From NCBI GenBank assembly GCA_030141605.1, contig JAQGDQ010000290.1, positions 124,001 through 188,000 on the forward strand: a stretch of 64,000 nucleotides of DNA, written 5' to 3'. Made by a program: the position numbers and the translations under genes. The stretch's first letter is position 1, and each line of letters opens with the position of its first letter. The notes beneath the pieces were generated by a model. That model saw only the letters and a list, made by a program, of their open reading frames with translations. It was not told the DNA's origin and did not search any database. Source of the stretch: Tubiluchus corallicola (Eukaryota > Animalia > Priapulida). This document shows, piece by piece, positions 1 to 13,387 of this stretch.

Positions 1-582
1 TGAAATTGAAGGTTTCAAACATAATTTAGTTTTGCTTCATTGCTTACAAACACATTTTTATAAATAATATTGTGAGTTTTTACGCAAAAATCAGATTGTT
101 GCCATAAACAATTTTATAGTAATAATTTAGTTGTGTAATAAATTGATCAGGGGTGGGAAAAACTTCTTTGTTTTAGGTTATCACCTGCTGTGATTAAAAC
201 TCTTTGCATATTTCAGAATTATTCTGATTTTCAAAATGATATGCATCCGTACGGAAACCTTACTTACCTTTATATCTTTCTTATCTTTATATTTTGTTAA
301 CATTGAATAATAGAATACCTTTGTAATAGCTTTACGAGTTTAAATAACTAAGATAGAGATGGGCTTTCCTAAGTTGGGCATTGTTTACTGCAGATAAGAT
401 TTGGATAGGTGACCACGATATATTTTTCAATTGCATTTCATCCATGCTTTTCCTTTTCGATTCGGTTTTTTCCATTCCGGAGATTTCGTTTTTGATTTTA
501 CCAAGGCCCTATTAAAGGCTTTCGGGAGTGTCCGTGAAGTAGTATAAACTTCATTACATTCATATGAAGTAGGCTGATGATA

Positions 583-812
583 TAGACATAGACATAGACA
601 TATATATAGACATAGACATAGACGTAGACGTAGACGTAGACGTAGACGTAGACGTAGACGTAGACGTAGACGTAGACGTAGACGTAGACGTAGACGTAGA
701 CATAGACATATAGACATATAGACATATAGACATATAGACATAGACATAGACATAGACATAGACATAGACATAGACATAGACATAGACATAGACATAGACA
801 TAGACATAGACA
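583..812. repeat. (TAGACA)n/(TAGACG)n hexanucleotide microsatellite
   Basis: Directly visible; explains the spurious ORFs 427..846 and 498..725. Confidence 0.95.
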
Positions 813-1340
813 TTTTATTTATATCCTCATTTACACCAGGATACAAGAAGACTGTTATTGCTAAGGTTATTAATTATGCATAAGGATAAATTATGCATAA
901 AGGAAAGAGTTAGGGGGTGCAGGAGAAAGGGTAGCGAAAGACCAATTGGTCGTCAAGTCAGCTACCCTTGTATAGAACTGATGCACACTGAAGAAGCGTC
1001 TATCTCGTACACATCATCATCAATAGAACGTTATTAATTGCGTTTTCATGTAAGGAAAATGTTCAGTTTCATGAGATGATTCAAGTTTGCGAGAGAAGGC
1101 TGGTTCACACTGCAACAACCTACGGGCGTGCATTGCGAACAGTTTATTGAGATAATAGGTTCTGGTTATAAATGGCCAGAAGGAAAATTCTTAAAACGTT
1201 GCGGAGAATGCGTGTAATACGATGCTGGAACACGAATAAATGAGGCTTAAAGTACCGCTAGCTTCTCGATAACTGAGATGATCAGGCAGGTCTGGTTGGT
1301 ATTATAGCGTCACTGGTATAGTTACAGGCTTTTAACAGGT
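583..1340 (-). mobile_element. Possible degenerate 3' fragment of a CR1/L2-group LINE with microsatellite tail
   Basis: On the minus strand a decayed ORF-like stretch (~1340-1020) is followed by a stem-loop (AAGGGTAGC 927-935 / GCTACCCTT 961-969), then AATAAA running directly into (TGTCTA)n. Confidence 0.4.
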
Positions 1341-1419
1341 TTAGTTGAGAAATAAAATGCGTGTTTTAATAAATTAATAAACCTTACGTGCTAGAAAAAT
1401 CATCAAAGACTCAGTTTAT

Positions 1420-2116
1420 TAAGACAAATGGCAAGAGTAATGCCAGGTGTGCCGAGAAAAGAGAAAGTTTATTTGGAAAGGTGAGAAATATCAAGAGAAC
1501 GGTTTAAGAGTTTGTTTAGATTCGAATCAGAAAATGTGTAGTGGATGGCTGATTATTTTTTTCTAAATGCTTCTGCAAAACGAAAAGATGTTTTTAAAGT
1601 TTTCAGACAACGCAAGTGTTCTTGCGGTTTTTGTCATAGGCTTTTGTCTTATTTACGAAGGTTATGATTTTTGTAAATTAGTTGCTTTGCTAGCTTATTT
1701 TATTAATTCTGGTTTGTATATCAAACAATTTATGTGCAAAAACGTAATTTAAGCAACAAAATGTTACGTTAAACTCATGAACAAGGTGATTGATTGCTTA
1801 TTAGTTGCACACAAATATACAAACCAGAATTAATAAAATAAGCTAGCAAAGCAACTAATTTACAAAAATCATAACCTTCGTAAATAAGACAAAAGCCTAT
1901 GACAAAAACCGCAAGAACACTTGCGTTGTCTGAAAACGTTAAAAACATCTTTTCGTTTTGCAGAAGCATTTAGAAAAAAATAATCAGCCATCCACTACAC
2001 ATTTTCTGATTCGAATCTAAACAAACTCTTAAACCGTTTTCTTGATATTTCTCACCTTTCCAAATAAACTTTCTTTTTTCTCGGCACACCAGGCATTACT
2101 CTTACCATTTATCTTA
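1420..2116. repeat. Long inverted repeat (~300 bp arms, ~95 bp spacer), foldback element
   Basis: 1420-1721 is the near-perfect reverse complement of 1815-2116; ORFs 1567+ and 1969- give the same peptide. Confidence 0.93.
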
Positions 2117-3324
2117 GACAGTGAATCCATGTACAGAGCAACTTCGCAAAATCGTAGTTTATTTACTAAGAAACGCGATTTTTTATTCATACCAATTGTA
2201 ATATCTGCTTTGTTGAAAACTAAATACTACGTAGTGTAAAACTAAAGTATATACTCTGACATTGAAGGGAAGTGAAGTATCTACTACACAGTTTATACTA
2301 CTGAACTTCATCATACGAAACGAAGTAGATGTTGCGAAAATCGTAGCAAAAGCATGTAGTAAATTCTATTCATACGGGCCATTATCATTAGTCAATTATT
2401 GTTCTGAAGGCACAGAAAGCAAGGCTCCCAAGACAGACATAAACCAATTTCATAAGTTCCTCGTGGTATGCGGGCAGAGCATCAGATCAGGAATGGGTGC
2501 ATATATATATACACGGAAGATGCGCTATCAGTCAAATAGTAAATGTGATAGCCTCAGGACTAGAGGCAGGATAGTAGGCCATGGTCGTGACTTATCCTGA
2601 CACAAAAAATGCAGCTTCTCCTTTTGACTTGGCAAATACTTTCGGAAAACAGATTAAAATTGCTGGGCAGAATTGCTCAACGTGGTTTTTGTAGGGACGC
2701 ACTTCATAAGTTTTGTGTCCGTGAATGAAGATGTCATAGGAGGGACAAGTCTGAGAAGGTACCACTTGTAACCGATGGACCGATACAGACTTTTTTGAAG
2801 TTTTGGTTGATAATATTGTGGCTGATGCTTATATATTATAGGTAGCAGCCTAGGCCATGACTAACAACACGAGTAGGTTCAAATAGGAGACTGCATCCCC
2901 GTTAAAAACTGCAAATTAACGTTTCTATTTTACTGGTTATACTCTGCTAGAGGGTCAAACTCTAAATGCCCCTATATAAAAGGATATATTCATTCCAGAG
3001 ATATAGTTGACGCTTACTATTATTGATTTTTAAGTAACCACTTATTATCTTATTTCTTACTTAATTTAGTACACATGATACCATATTTACAACACACGTT
3101 GTGAACATGTGTAATATTTTTCACACACAGTGAAAAATTACTGGCAAAACAGATTATAAATAACTAACTAAAATATATATTAAAAATACCTTCACCTAAA
3201 AAGTTACAAGTTTTAAAAACCATCATAAATCACAGCATTATACGCCGATCCGAGCTTCCTATATAGTATATCTTCTATATGATAACAACCTACTTCTACA
3301 ATAAATTCTTCTGCAATACGATTT

Positions 3325-3443
3325 GACTACGGCCAAATCACGTTGAAAACACCGGTTCTCGTCTGATCACCGAAGTTAAGCAACGTAGAGCCTGGTTAGT
3401 ACTTGGATGGCTGGCGCCTAGAAATACCAGGTGCTGAAGGCTT
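3325..3443 (+). pseudogene. 5S rRNA-derived sequence (head of a retroposed element)
   Basis: 119 nt matching metazoan 5S rRNA (CTACGGCCA...GATCACCGAAGTTAAGCAAC...TTAGTACTTGGATGG...GGCTT); substitutions around box C; no oligo-T terminator. Confidence 0.9.
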
Positions 3444-3818
3444 GCGGGATGCCCACACTGTATCTCGACACTAGGCGGAGGAGCTGCACAAGCAGCCAAC
3501 GGCTAGAGGGTGGAGGAGTCAGAAGCCCCGAAGGCGGACCAGTGCAGCATGCTCAGTGACTCCGGCAGCTCCTGCAGACAACCTGGTGCCAAACGTATCG
3601 CTCCTGTTTCCTTTGGACTACACCAGGGAGGAAGAGAGGGGGTTCCTGATGTCTGGGCAACTCAGGATCTCCATACACCTGCCCAGGCGTGCACCCTGGA
3701 GACGTTCAAGGATCGCACTGCTCAGCCACAGTCGACGCTGCAGCTCCATCAATGTGATCAATGACTGACTCTCTTCGCGCACATTCCATTGTATTCCGAG
3801 ACAGGAGGATGCCAAAAA
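3327..3818 (+). mobile_element. 5S-derived SINE (SINE3-like) or 5S-LINE chimeric retrocopy
   Basis: 5S head, GC-rich ~370 bp body, short A tail; flanked by direct repeat ACGATTTGA (3318-3326 and 3819-3827). Confidence 0.8.
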
Positions 3819-5899
3819 ACGATTTGATCAAGGTACTTTTAGCTTCCTTTGACAATAATACAATTTATCACAAAGCGTATTAGCTTTTGCATAGAATCTT
3901 AACTGACAAACAATACCTACACATAATGCTAATCTTCATACAATACGTACCCCAGATATATTTCACTTTTACTGATATTAAAAAAGAATTACCAATTTCA
4001 TTCGAATGTAGACGATTTGACATCTCTGGGGGAAACTAAGTTCGTTGCATTTAGCAAGCTTGTAGTTAATGCTGGTTAATACAGATAATTGGGTTAATTA
4101 ATTAAGCAAGCATTCCGTTAATTACTGTGTAACTCATACTGTAATGTAGGCCTGACTGACCTATTAATATAATACATCCCTACAAACAAAGAACTTGGCC
4201 TATAACTCGGGTAAGTGATCTTTTTACCTCTGCGGACTACGTCACATGTTGAAGAGTGAAAGTGGCCCAAATTTATACGGCGATAAATTAAAGTACGAGA
4301 ATTATCTACTTAAGATATGATTATTAATAAAAAATAGAAATTCTTTGTAGAGAGTGTAGCTGTACGCGATGAAATGATGGTTCGATTTTACTAGTGATAC
4401 TGTGCTAACAAACTAGAAGTGCTCCAATCTGAAACCGTTACAGTGAGCTGCAAAGTTATTCAATAGATCAGATGAATGTTATTTAAGTTTAATTACCAGA
4501 ATTATTCATTTAAGAGATAATTATTAATAAAAACTAGACCTATCACTCGCTAGAAGGACATAGTTGCTTCCGATGAAATCGATATACGGTTAATGAAAAA
4601 ATGTACTTTCTGCATTGAAACGTGTTGTATATATCACTTAGTATTCTAAAAAATTAATGTCTCTGAAATAAGTCAGCAAAGATCTGACTTATAGTATGCC
4701 TAACGTTTGTATTTTAATAACCTGTAATGCAGCAAGTCTCCACAGTGTTGATTGGGCATGATTTAAGAGGGTCCCAGATGGGTGTGAAATTGTGTAATAG
4801 ACCTACTAATTAATCCATTTGTTTCAGACTAAAGTCATATAATGTATAGATACGTACTTCAAAAATCAAAACCATGACACCCAGTGTTAAAAAATGAAAG
4901 ATTAGAAGAAAATTCAAACACTGGATATATTTTTTTCAACGAACAGTCTATCACTGAATCAATGAAAAGCTTATCACTGTAGCACAGCGAAGACTCACAA
5001 TTACAATGATAAGAATCTCACATTCTGATGATTGTCTGCAAAAACTTGTGAGTTATTCAACAGATCAGCCAATATCACCTCTGCGCGGGTGCTATATACG
5101 TTTTGAGCTTTTGTGAGCTCTCGGCTCTTTCAAGTCTCACTTTTCTTCTCCGGCGAATAGTGGAAAGATAATAATGGTGAAAGCGAAAGTTTCTTTTTAC
5201 TCTTAAGTACCACTTACTGGCCTGTTAAACTTGTAGGAACATGGGGCGCTTTGTTAGCACATCTGAAGGGATTTCTGACCACGTAAATTGACGTAAAGTA
5301 AACATAGAAAATACTGATATATATTTTGAATAGCCCACGTCTAAAGTAAACAAGTGGTGTTGTCACTTTTACACTAGAGAGCTAAAAGTTAGTTTAGAAA
5401 AAATCGTTTGCTTTGAGCGTGCAATGGCTCAGGACTATAGTAAAATATGAGTAAAGTTATCAAATTTTATTGCCTATGAAATGGAAATAAAATATCTCCC
5501 ATTGGCAACGTAAGTTCGCATAAATGAAAGTGTGATTCCAAAATTCATATTGTAAACAAGAACTACTGAGTATTCGCTATATTACAGTGTTCACTATATT
5601 TAAATATTTTAAGTAAGCATTATTTAGTATTTATTGAATATTATAATGTTAACAGTTTCGAGGTTTATCGTATTTTTTGACTCATTGCATCTCGATGTCT
5701 TCCTCTCGTACTTAAACAAGTACATAATTAAGCAATAATAAAAATAACAATGAAAAACACAATTGATACAAACATAATGTTGTATGATTATTATTGAGCA
5801 AAAATCTAGTTTCTTACGCGTTTCTTTCAAGCATTATGATAGCTGTCACAAACAGATCTTACAGTTGATATTAGAACGCATTAGATTTTAAAATAGACA

Positions 5900-6543
5900 G
5901 GATTAGTATTGTCCACTGTGAAAACAATTCTGTCACCATTCCATAGGTAGAAATTTCATGGAGAATCAGATTGGATTCGTAAGGATTAATACTGTCCACT
6001 GGGAAAACAATTCTGTCACCATTGCATAGGTAGAAATTTCATGGAGAATCAGACTGGATTCGTAAGGATTAGTACTGTCCACTGTGAAAACAATTCTGTC
6101 ACCATTGAATAGGTAGAAATTTCATGGAGAATCAGACTGGATTCGTAAGGATTAGTACTGTCCACTGTGAAAACAATTCGGTCACCATTCCATAGGTAGA
6201 AATTTCACGGAGAATTAGACTGGATTCGTAAGGATTAGTACTGTCCACTGTGAAAACAATTCTGTCACCATTGCATAGGTAGAAATTTCACGGAGAATCA
6301 GACTGGATTCGTAAAGGATTAGTACTGTCCACTGTGAAAACAATTCTGTCACCATTGCATAGGTAGAAATTTCATGGAGAATCAGACTGGATTCGTAAGG
6401 ATTAGTACTGTCCACTGTGAAAACAATTCGGTCACCATTCCATAGGTAGAAATTTCACGGAGAATCAGACTGGATTCGTAAGGATTAGTACTGTCCACTG
6501 TGAAAACAATTCGGTCACCATTCCATAGGTAGAAATTTCATGG
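5900..6543. repeat. 83-bp tandem repeat, ~7.7 copies
   Basis: Unit GGATTAGTACTGTCCACTGTGAAAACAATT...GGATTCGTAA recurs at 5901, 5984, 6067, 6150 and onward. Confidence 0.95.
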
Positions 6544-7040
6544 AATTTCATTGGTAGAATTCCTGCTTCTTAAAACTGACTCTTAAGTATGGCGCTTATT
6601 TTGGCTCATAGAACAAAGATAAAAGCAATTTCTTTAAGAGGCGATTTCTATTTCCTAGTAACAAAGACACGTTAACAATCATAGTTTGACTTTTTTCATT
6701 AATCAGTTAATTAATAAATTAACGAATTAATGCATTGATCAATGGACAATTGAACAACATGATATCAAGAATTCATAAATGAATTTTTTTTAGGCAAATG
6801 CTGTTTTTAAGATGCCTTTTTTATAATTAAAGCATTTGTGGCAAGAGTTTTGGTAGGTCAAAAAGAAGTTAATTTCCAAGAACTTATATCCTCTGCACTG
6901 AGTGACTACACGGAGTCCAAACAAACGCCTAATAGCATTTCAGCAAAGTTAGCACTTTATAAAGCCAGAGCTTTAATATTCTTAAATTTATCACTTTGCA
7001 CATGAGACGAGTTTTTAATTCAGAGTTGAGAGCAGCAATT

Positions 7041-7421
7041 GTGAGCATCGAACGTTTGAGTTCGAACATTCGATTCGAATCCAAAACTATAGATTCGAAT
7101 AATTCAGCACTTCAATCACATATGTTCCTGATCATTGAAAACGATTGAAACATCGTGCAATTAGCATAATTTAGCTGTGATTTCTGCGCACAACTTTAAA
7201 CAAATTACTAGTCGTTTTATTGCAGAACGAAATCTAGTGATACACATGATCTTTGTAAGACTAATTTTTACTGGTGGTTCGAAAACTTGTTCGAAAATCG
7301 TTCAATCTCAATTCGAATTCGGTTCGAATTCGAAACACTGAAGTTCGGTTCGATTCGAATTCGAAAGTCACAAATTCGGTTCGATTCGAATTCGCTTTCT
7401 GGTAGAGAATGCTCACCCCTA
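7041..7421 (-). mobile_element. hAT-type MITE (TTCGAA-rich family), left end clipped
   Basis: Ends in TGCTCACCCCTA; reverse-orientation homologue of 57994-58364. Confidence 0.75.
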
Positions 7422-9062
7422 GCAATTACTGAATAAAAGCGTTGCTTACGTAGGTTTTTATCTTTATTATTCTTATGTTTACAATCAGCCTCATTTCGAC
7501 TTGAGGAACAATGATAAATAAAAATGGCTTTTAATTAGTTTTACGGTTATAGACAAATTCTGCTATTGTAAATATTTGTTGCATTGTACCACATCTGTAA
7601 AACGGCTAACAAATATGTGTCAAATAATATAATGGAGACGTGTTTCATAAATCAAAAATTTATTGTCGTGTTTTAAATTAATAAAATTGTAATTTGAAAT
7701 CGGCCTTGGGTCGAAATTTCTGAGAATATCCGATTCAGTTTCTAGACGTTGGAATATGCTAAGATTAGACGGGAAAAGTATGCAAACCAAGTTGTTGAAT
7801 CATTGGTATAGGTTTGTTGCATCACAAACGATTATTGCGAAACTAGGTTGTACTAATGTTGTCAATTGCCAGAATATAGCCCAAGTAGACAACACAACTC
7901 CAGTTTCCATAAACCAAAAACTAAAAATATAGTTAGCAGCTCTCCATAAATGATCTGCCTATTAAAAATGTTAACTAATTGCTTTAAAATCAAAAATTTA
8001 TATACCTACTTACTGTCATACTCATGAGACACTGCATAATGAATGTCCCATGAATGAGTATCTATTAATTAAATGTTGTTTGAGCCTTTGTTTTTTATTA
8101 CTAATGTACTCATTAATACGTATAGAAACAGGTATATTATTGCAGCTAATACAACCATAATACTTATTCATTAACGATTTACAAGCCATACAATAACAAT
8201 TGAAATTACAAGTTACAAAACATTACATAAACAATGCAATACATTACAATAAAGAGAAAAACTACACAGACAAAACCGGTGTTGGTGTTATTAATGTCGT
8301 ACAACTGCATCTGTTTTATAACTTGCTGCTCCTGTATGTTGTTTGTATTGTGTCTTTTACTGTCTGTAGATTTCACTGTTGAAATTCCACTTATTTTGTA
8401 ATTTACTGTATATGTATCTATTTGGTGGCATTAATAAATACGAAATAGGTACTATATGCCGTCTCATTGCTGCATTTATTATATGTACTTGCTTTGGTAG
8501 CTAAAATAGTGACTATTATCGTAAGTCAATAATTGTGTAGTATGGCGCAGTAATTAAAGAAATTACTTTTTAAAGTCAAAGGCTACAATCACAGGAGAAA
8601 ATTACGTGTGTCGGCGAGAGCGCACGTGATTGCGCGCTTGGGGTGCAGGTGTGTGCATGCGTGCATGTGTGCAGGCGTGTGCATGCGTGCACGCACGCTC
8701 GAGTACGTGTATAAACCCGAGTCGACTACCCTTCGCCTCTTGTTGGGCCTTTCAATTCAGTTAGTCAGTTTTAAAGCTCAGTTTACAAACTTTGCTATCC
8801 TTTATTATAGCAAGTCAATTTCATTTTGTAAAATGGTGTCCAACAATGGGTCTAATACTATTTTAAATTTTTACAGATGAAAAAAGCCAGGAAAATGAAT
8901 CAATGCAATTCTTCCGTTATCAAAAGATTGTTGCGTCTTACATTTTGGCCTCCTTGTAATTTTGATGTCTGTGAGTTTATTTTAAAACAAGCATTGTACA
9001 TCGGTCCTACAAGGATCAGCTATATAAGCTTAATTATTGCTTACTTGCGTGAACTTACAAAA

Positions 9063-9267
<205 letters not shown>

Positions 9268-9407
9268 ACGAGTAAGTTATTCGTGACATACAAAATCAAA
9301 GATAAGGTAATTGCAAAAAAAAACAAAATCGTTAAACCTATTCTAAAATTTAAAAAAAATGCGTACGAGGGGCGAACATACATATAAGTTGCCAATCAAG
9401 AATTTGG

Positions 9408-9628
9408 ACTTGAGGGGAACGAGGGCTTGTCAGGAGATGCAAAAGTTCCAAGCTTGAGGGGGAACGAGGGCTTGTCAGGAGATGCAAAAGTTCCAAGCTT
9501 GAGGGGAACGAGGGCTTGTCAGGAGATGCAAAAGTTCCAAGCTTGAGGGGGAACGAGGGCTTGTCAGGAGATGCAAAAGTTCCAAGCTTGAGGGGAGAGG
9601 GCTTGTCAGGAGATGTAAAAGTTCCAAG
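9408..9628. repeat. ~45-bp tandem repeat, ~5 copies
   Basis: Unit CTTGAGGGGAACGAGGGCTTGTCAGGAGATGCAAAAGTTCCAAG. Confidence 0.95.
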
Positions 9629-10079
9629 TTGATTCCTTTTTCATTACCAACCTTAGGCCCGAGATAATCCGCCTCATTGCCCTCGGCGCATTCTTAAAAA
9701 CTGCGCATATTTAACTGTAATCGATCATCTTCAAGAGAAGTCACATTTTCGGGATGAACGTTTGCAGCAGAACGGTTTTTCATATCTGTGAACTGCTCGG
9801 ATAAAACGTCATGTTTTTACAAAGGGAGGGAATATTTTATACCTGTTATATAAGAAAGCGTCGAGCACAAAGACCTGCACTGTTATCCCAGATAACTAAA
9901 CATAGGCATTGACACCTCGCCTTGTTTTGGAGGGCAACGAGTTCGAGTCGAGTAGTTGACTCCATAAGCATTTTTTGCGTTGATCACCCAAAGCGTCAGT
10001 TTTGTAGATACCGTCCCTGTTCACAAGTGAGGCAGGGAGGATGATAGTGCGGTTTGAGAAGAGGTTGTGTTAGATGTGT

Positions 10080-10361
10080 TTAAAGACAGGATGATTTATC
10101 ATATGCATTTTCATGTGCGATGAAAAGTACACAATTAATACTGCAAAAGCGTCTCTGATAATTAAATTATAGATTAAAAACTTAATTAACGGCGGGCGAG
10201 CACAAACTATTGATGACATCACAAATTAACATAATTTTCAACAGTAAAAATATTCCACGATTGTTTATATATATATATATATATATAAAAGGCTTACGTA
10301 ATGCAGATGACATATAAACATATACGTGTCTATACAAAACACTATACAAAATACGATATTT

Positions 10362-10423
<62 letters not shown>

Positions 10424-10454
10424 GAATAAATACATAAATTCACGCACTCATAAT

Positions 10455-10506
<52 letters not shown>

Positions 10507-10650
10507 CGATCGTGGAATAAATATTACTGTTGAAAATTATGTTAATTTGTGATGTCATACATACATATATATATACACATATATATACACACACATATAT
10601 ATATATATACATGTAATTATTAGTGCGTGAATAAACGTATTTATTTGTAA
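10080..10650 (-). mobile_element. Partial Kolobok-like MITE broken by (CA)n/(TA)n microsatellites and local inversions
   Basis: 10080-10265 is the reverse complement of the right part of the 25774-26400 / 41960-42558 family. Confidence 0.7.
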
Positions 10651-11745
10651 CTAGCTTTCAATATGTAAGCTAACCCACTTATATTGTAACTACAATACTA
10701 ACTGTTAGTTGGGTATAATAATAATCTGTAATATTTGTAATATTATGTACATTTGCCTTTCAAATAGAAGGCTTGATTTGCAATGAATTTCTAAGCAAAA
10801 GATTTACAATAATAATAGGTAATTTATAGGTAAATATTAACTCCTCTGCACTGAGTGACTACTACCTGTACTAAGAAACGCTTAATAGCGTGTCAGCAAA
10901 GTTAGCACCTCATAAACCGAGAGATTTAAAGTCCCTAAATTTATTTCCTCCAGTAACAAATAGCGCAATATATTATTTCCACGCACATGCTGTGTTACGT
11001 GACAGACACACCCTGTGTGATGGCTTGTAAAGTGGTGAACACATTTTTTTGTATTTTATGCCCAAAAGAGCTGAAAATGGCCAGTTAAATGGCAAGGTTA
11101 GAGGGCAATAAAGTTGCTTTGGTAACCAGAACAAGTTGACTAGGGCTGGCGCACATTGAGGTTTTGTCCAGTATAGAACTATCTTGCTTTTGATACCAGT
11201 GATACGGGTATGTCTCTGGCCGTTTAACCTTGCGCTCGTTAAAATTTACAAGTTAGTATGACGAGAGCTTAATTAAAAATATTAAATATTATTACACCAT
11301 AAATATTAAAAAAAATACACATAAGGTTTGTGTCTGTGGCTCACATATATTAACCCACATGTGCGTTACTGCTGTGATAGCGTTTTCACTAGTTTGAGGG
11401 AACTATTTCTTGTAGCGATATGTACAGTGTGAATTAACACATAAATTAGCGTGTGTGCAACGTGGAATTAGTATTTTTTTAATTAAAATTAGTTGTAATA
11501 AGTAATTAGTGCGAAATGCTGGCTAAAATGCTTATCATTTTATTCGCAAGCAAAACCTCTTGGATAAATTCATATAATTCACAATTCAGGGGCGAATACG
11601 TATTGTTAGTTAACTCTGTTCGGCAACTATAACTTATTGGACAAGATCAAATTTATTTAAACTTGAGTTATCTTATCTGCTTATCCACACGAAATGCCTT
11701 TGTAAATACAAGCGAACAAATACGCGAACAAGCATTCGTTTTCGG

Positions 11746-12010
11746 TTGGGTGGCTGAGTGGTTTAGATTTCGGACTACAACCACGCAGTCTTGAGTTCGA
11801 CACTAGTGACTGCCAACGCCAGGACATGTACCCTACATATTATTCGTTATTTGTGGTTTGCGTCTTTACCTGTGTTGTTGTTTGTGGTTTGCGTCTTTAC
11901 CTGTGTTGTTGTTTGTGGTTTGCGTCCTTACCTGTGTTGTTGTTGTGGTTTGCGTCTTTACCTGTGTTGTCGTCGTTGAATAGCTGTTAAACGAGCGACA
12001 ATAAATAAAT
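11746..12010 (+). mobile_element. tRNA-derived SINE with internal ~30-bp tandem repeats
   Basis: A box TGGCTGAGTGG, B box GAGTTCGACAC; homologous copy on the minus strand at 56765-56940. Confidence 0.75.
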
Positions 12011-12589
12011 ATTGTCCTTGTCTTTGTTTTTATTTTGCAAACAAGAAATAAATAATATGTAAAAGGCAAATACACACAAACAACCAAGTAAACAAACAAA
12101 CAAACAGACGATCGCTAAATAAACGGACTTTTTTATTTGAAAGTAATTTTATAATTATTTTTTGATAATTTCGATGAAACAAGCCAATAATGCAACGGAG
12201 ACCATATTTTCCAAGCTCCCTACTACTTTGTAAACTCAATGTTATTTTCTTAATACAGTAATGCGCTGCAATCGTACTTGCAGCGCAGGTAGGTATAAAA
12301 ATTTTACACCTGTTCAAGCCAGCCTAAGTGAGTAACCCGTCTCACCTTGCATACTAATCAGTTTTGCTTGCGATAATCTTTATGCATAACGTCGTTTGCA
12401 CTATTGTCGACATACAAGGGAAGAATTGATTAGCGTTAGCACACCTACAGACCTGGTATTTAGTAATGCGTGTATGTAATACCTGTCAGGTTAATAATTG
12501 TAATATATAAGTCCTAAGGTTGCTAAAGTAAAATTTATAAGTACATGCAATAAAAATACACGCACAAGTAAAATGCTCAGTTTTTACAG

Positions 12590-12930
12590 TTTCCTTATGC
12601 GCACGCGCAGTTGCTGTAGGTTAAAGGTTAAGTGTATCACAGCACGCGTCTTAACTACAATCGTCACGTGAAATGTTGGTACAGCAAAACCGCCTGGCGC
12701 ATCAGTTCAGTAACTTCAGTTACTTTATTTAATTATGCATTAGTCTGTGCGTAGAGTGATCTACTAGCAGGATCTTGCTTGGGAACAAGAAAGAATGAAC
12801 TAGGTAAGGTTCTAGCCAGCTGTTACTATTACAACAGCATGGGCTGCGAGGCGTTGTGAAGTGTACACAAATGCGTGTCTGGTACAGTTAACATTTCACG
12901 ATCATCATCAATCGCTGGAACTGTGAAAAC
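12590..12930 (+). mobile_element. Dispersed ~350-bp repeat family (unclassified)
   Basis: Homologous copies at 38510-38880 (+), 31730-32080 (-), 34465-34620 (-) and 43870-44010 (+, partial). Confidence 0.8.
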
Positions 12931-13387
12931 GCTTTGATTGCGTTAGTGAAGGAAAATCACTGTGTACACAGCACAAATTGATATGGCGTAGCCTTCGTGA
13001 TGAATAACATGTTGATTTGACGAAAAGCAAGAAATAAATGGGTACTGGTCGTACTTTCTGTTAAATATTATATTATATATTAAAAGTTTAAAAACCGAAA
13101 ATTTTGGTTTTAAATTAGGTTTGCGTTTAGCGGCACGACCTTTTACGCGTTTTAAAAGAACACCTCAAACGACTTGAGTTTCCGCATGTTTCCATATGAT
13201 TGAAAAATTTCACACATACTTGTCGAAGTAGGCCTGTCTTGGAACGGTATTACTTTAAGAGTTCAGCAATAATAACAACTATCCAACAAACGTATCAATA
13301 AAAGCGCGTAGACGTATGTGTTGTATTAATCGTTGTGATTGTGTAGTCCACAAACACCAACAGAAAAGAGATCTTATAATAAAATTC

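Noticed and set aside
427-573. Possible terminal exon PTSYECNEVYTTSRTLPKAF...WMKCN* on the minus strand
   Set aside because: The acceptor lies against a microsatellite and the peptide has no recognisable homology; it cannot be linked to the intermediate-filament gene
3325-3443. Functional 5S rRNA gene
   Set aside because: Mutations around box C, no oligo-T terminator, single copy embedded within a TSD-flanked unit
5900-6543. CRISPR-like array (also considered for the 25133, 29966 and 53587 arrays)
   Set aside because: Units are contiguous tandem copies with no unique spacers, the context is eukaryotic, and there are no cas genes
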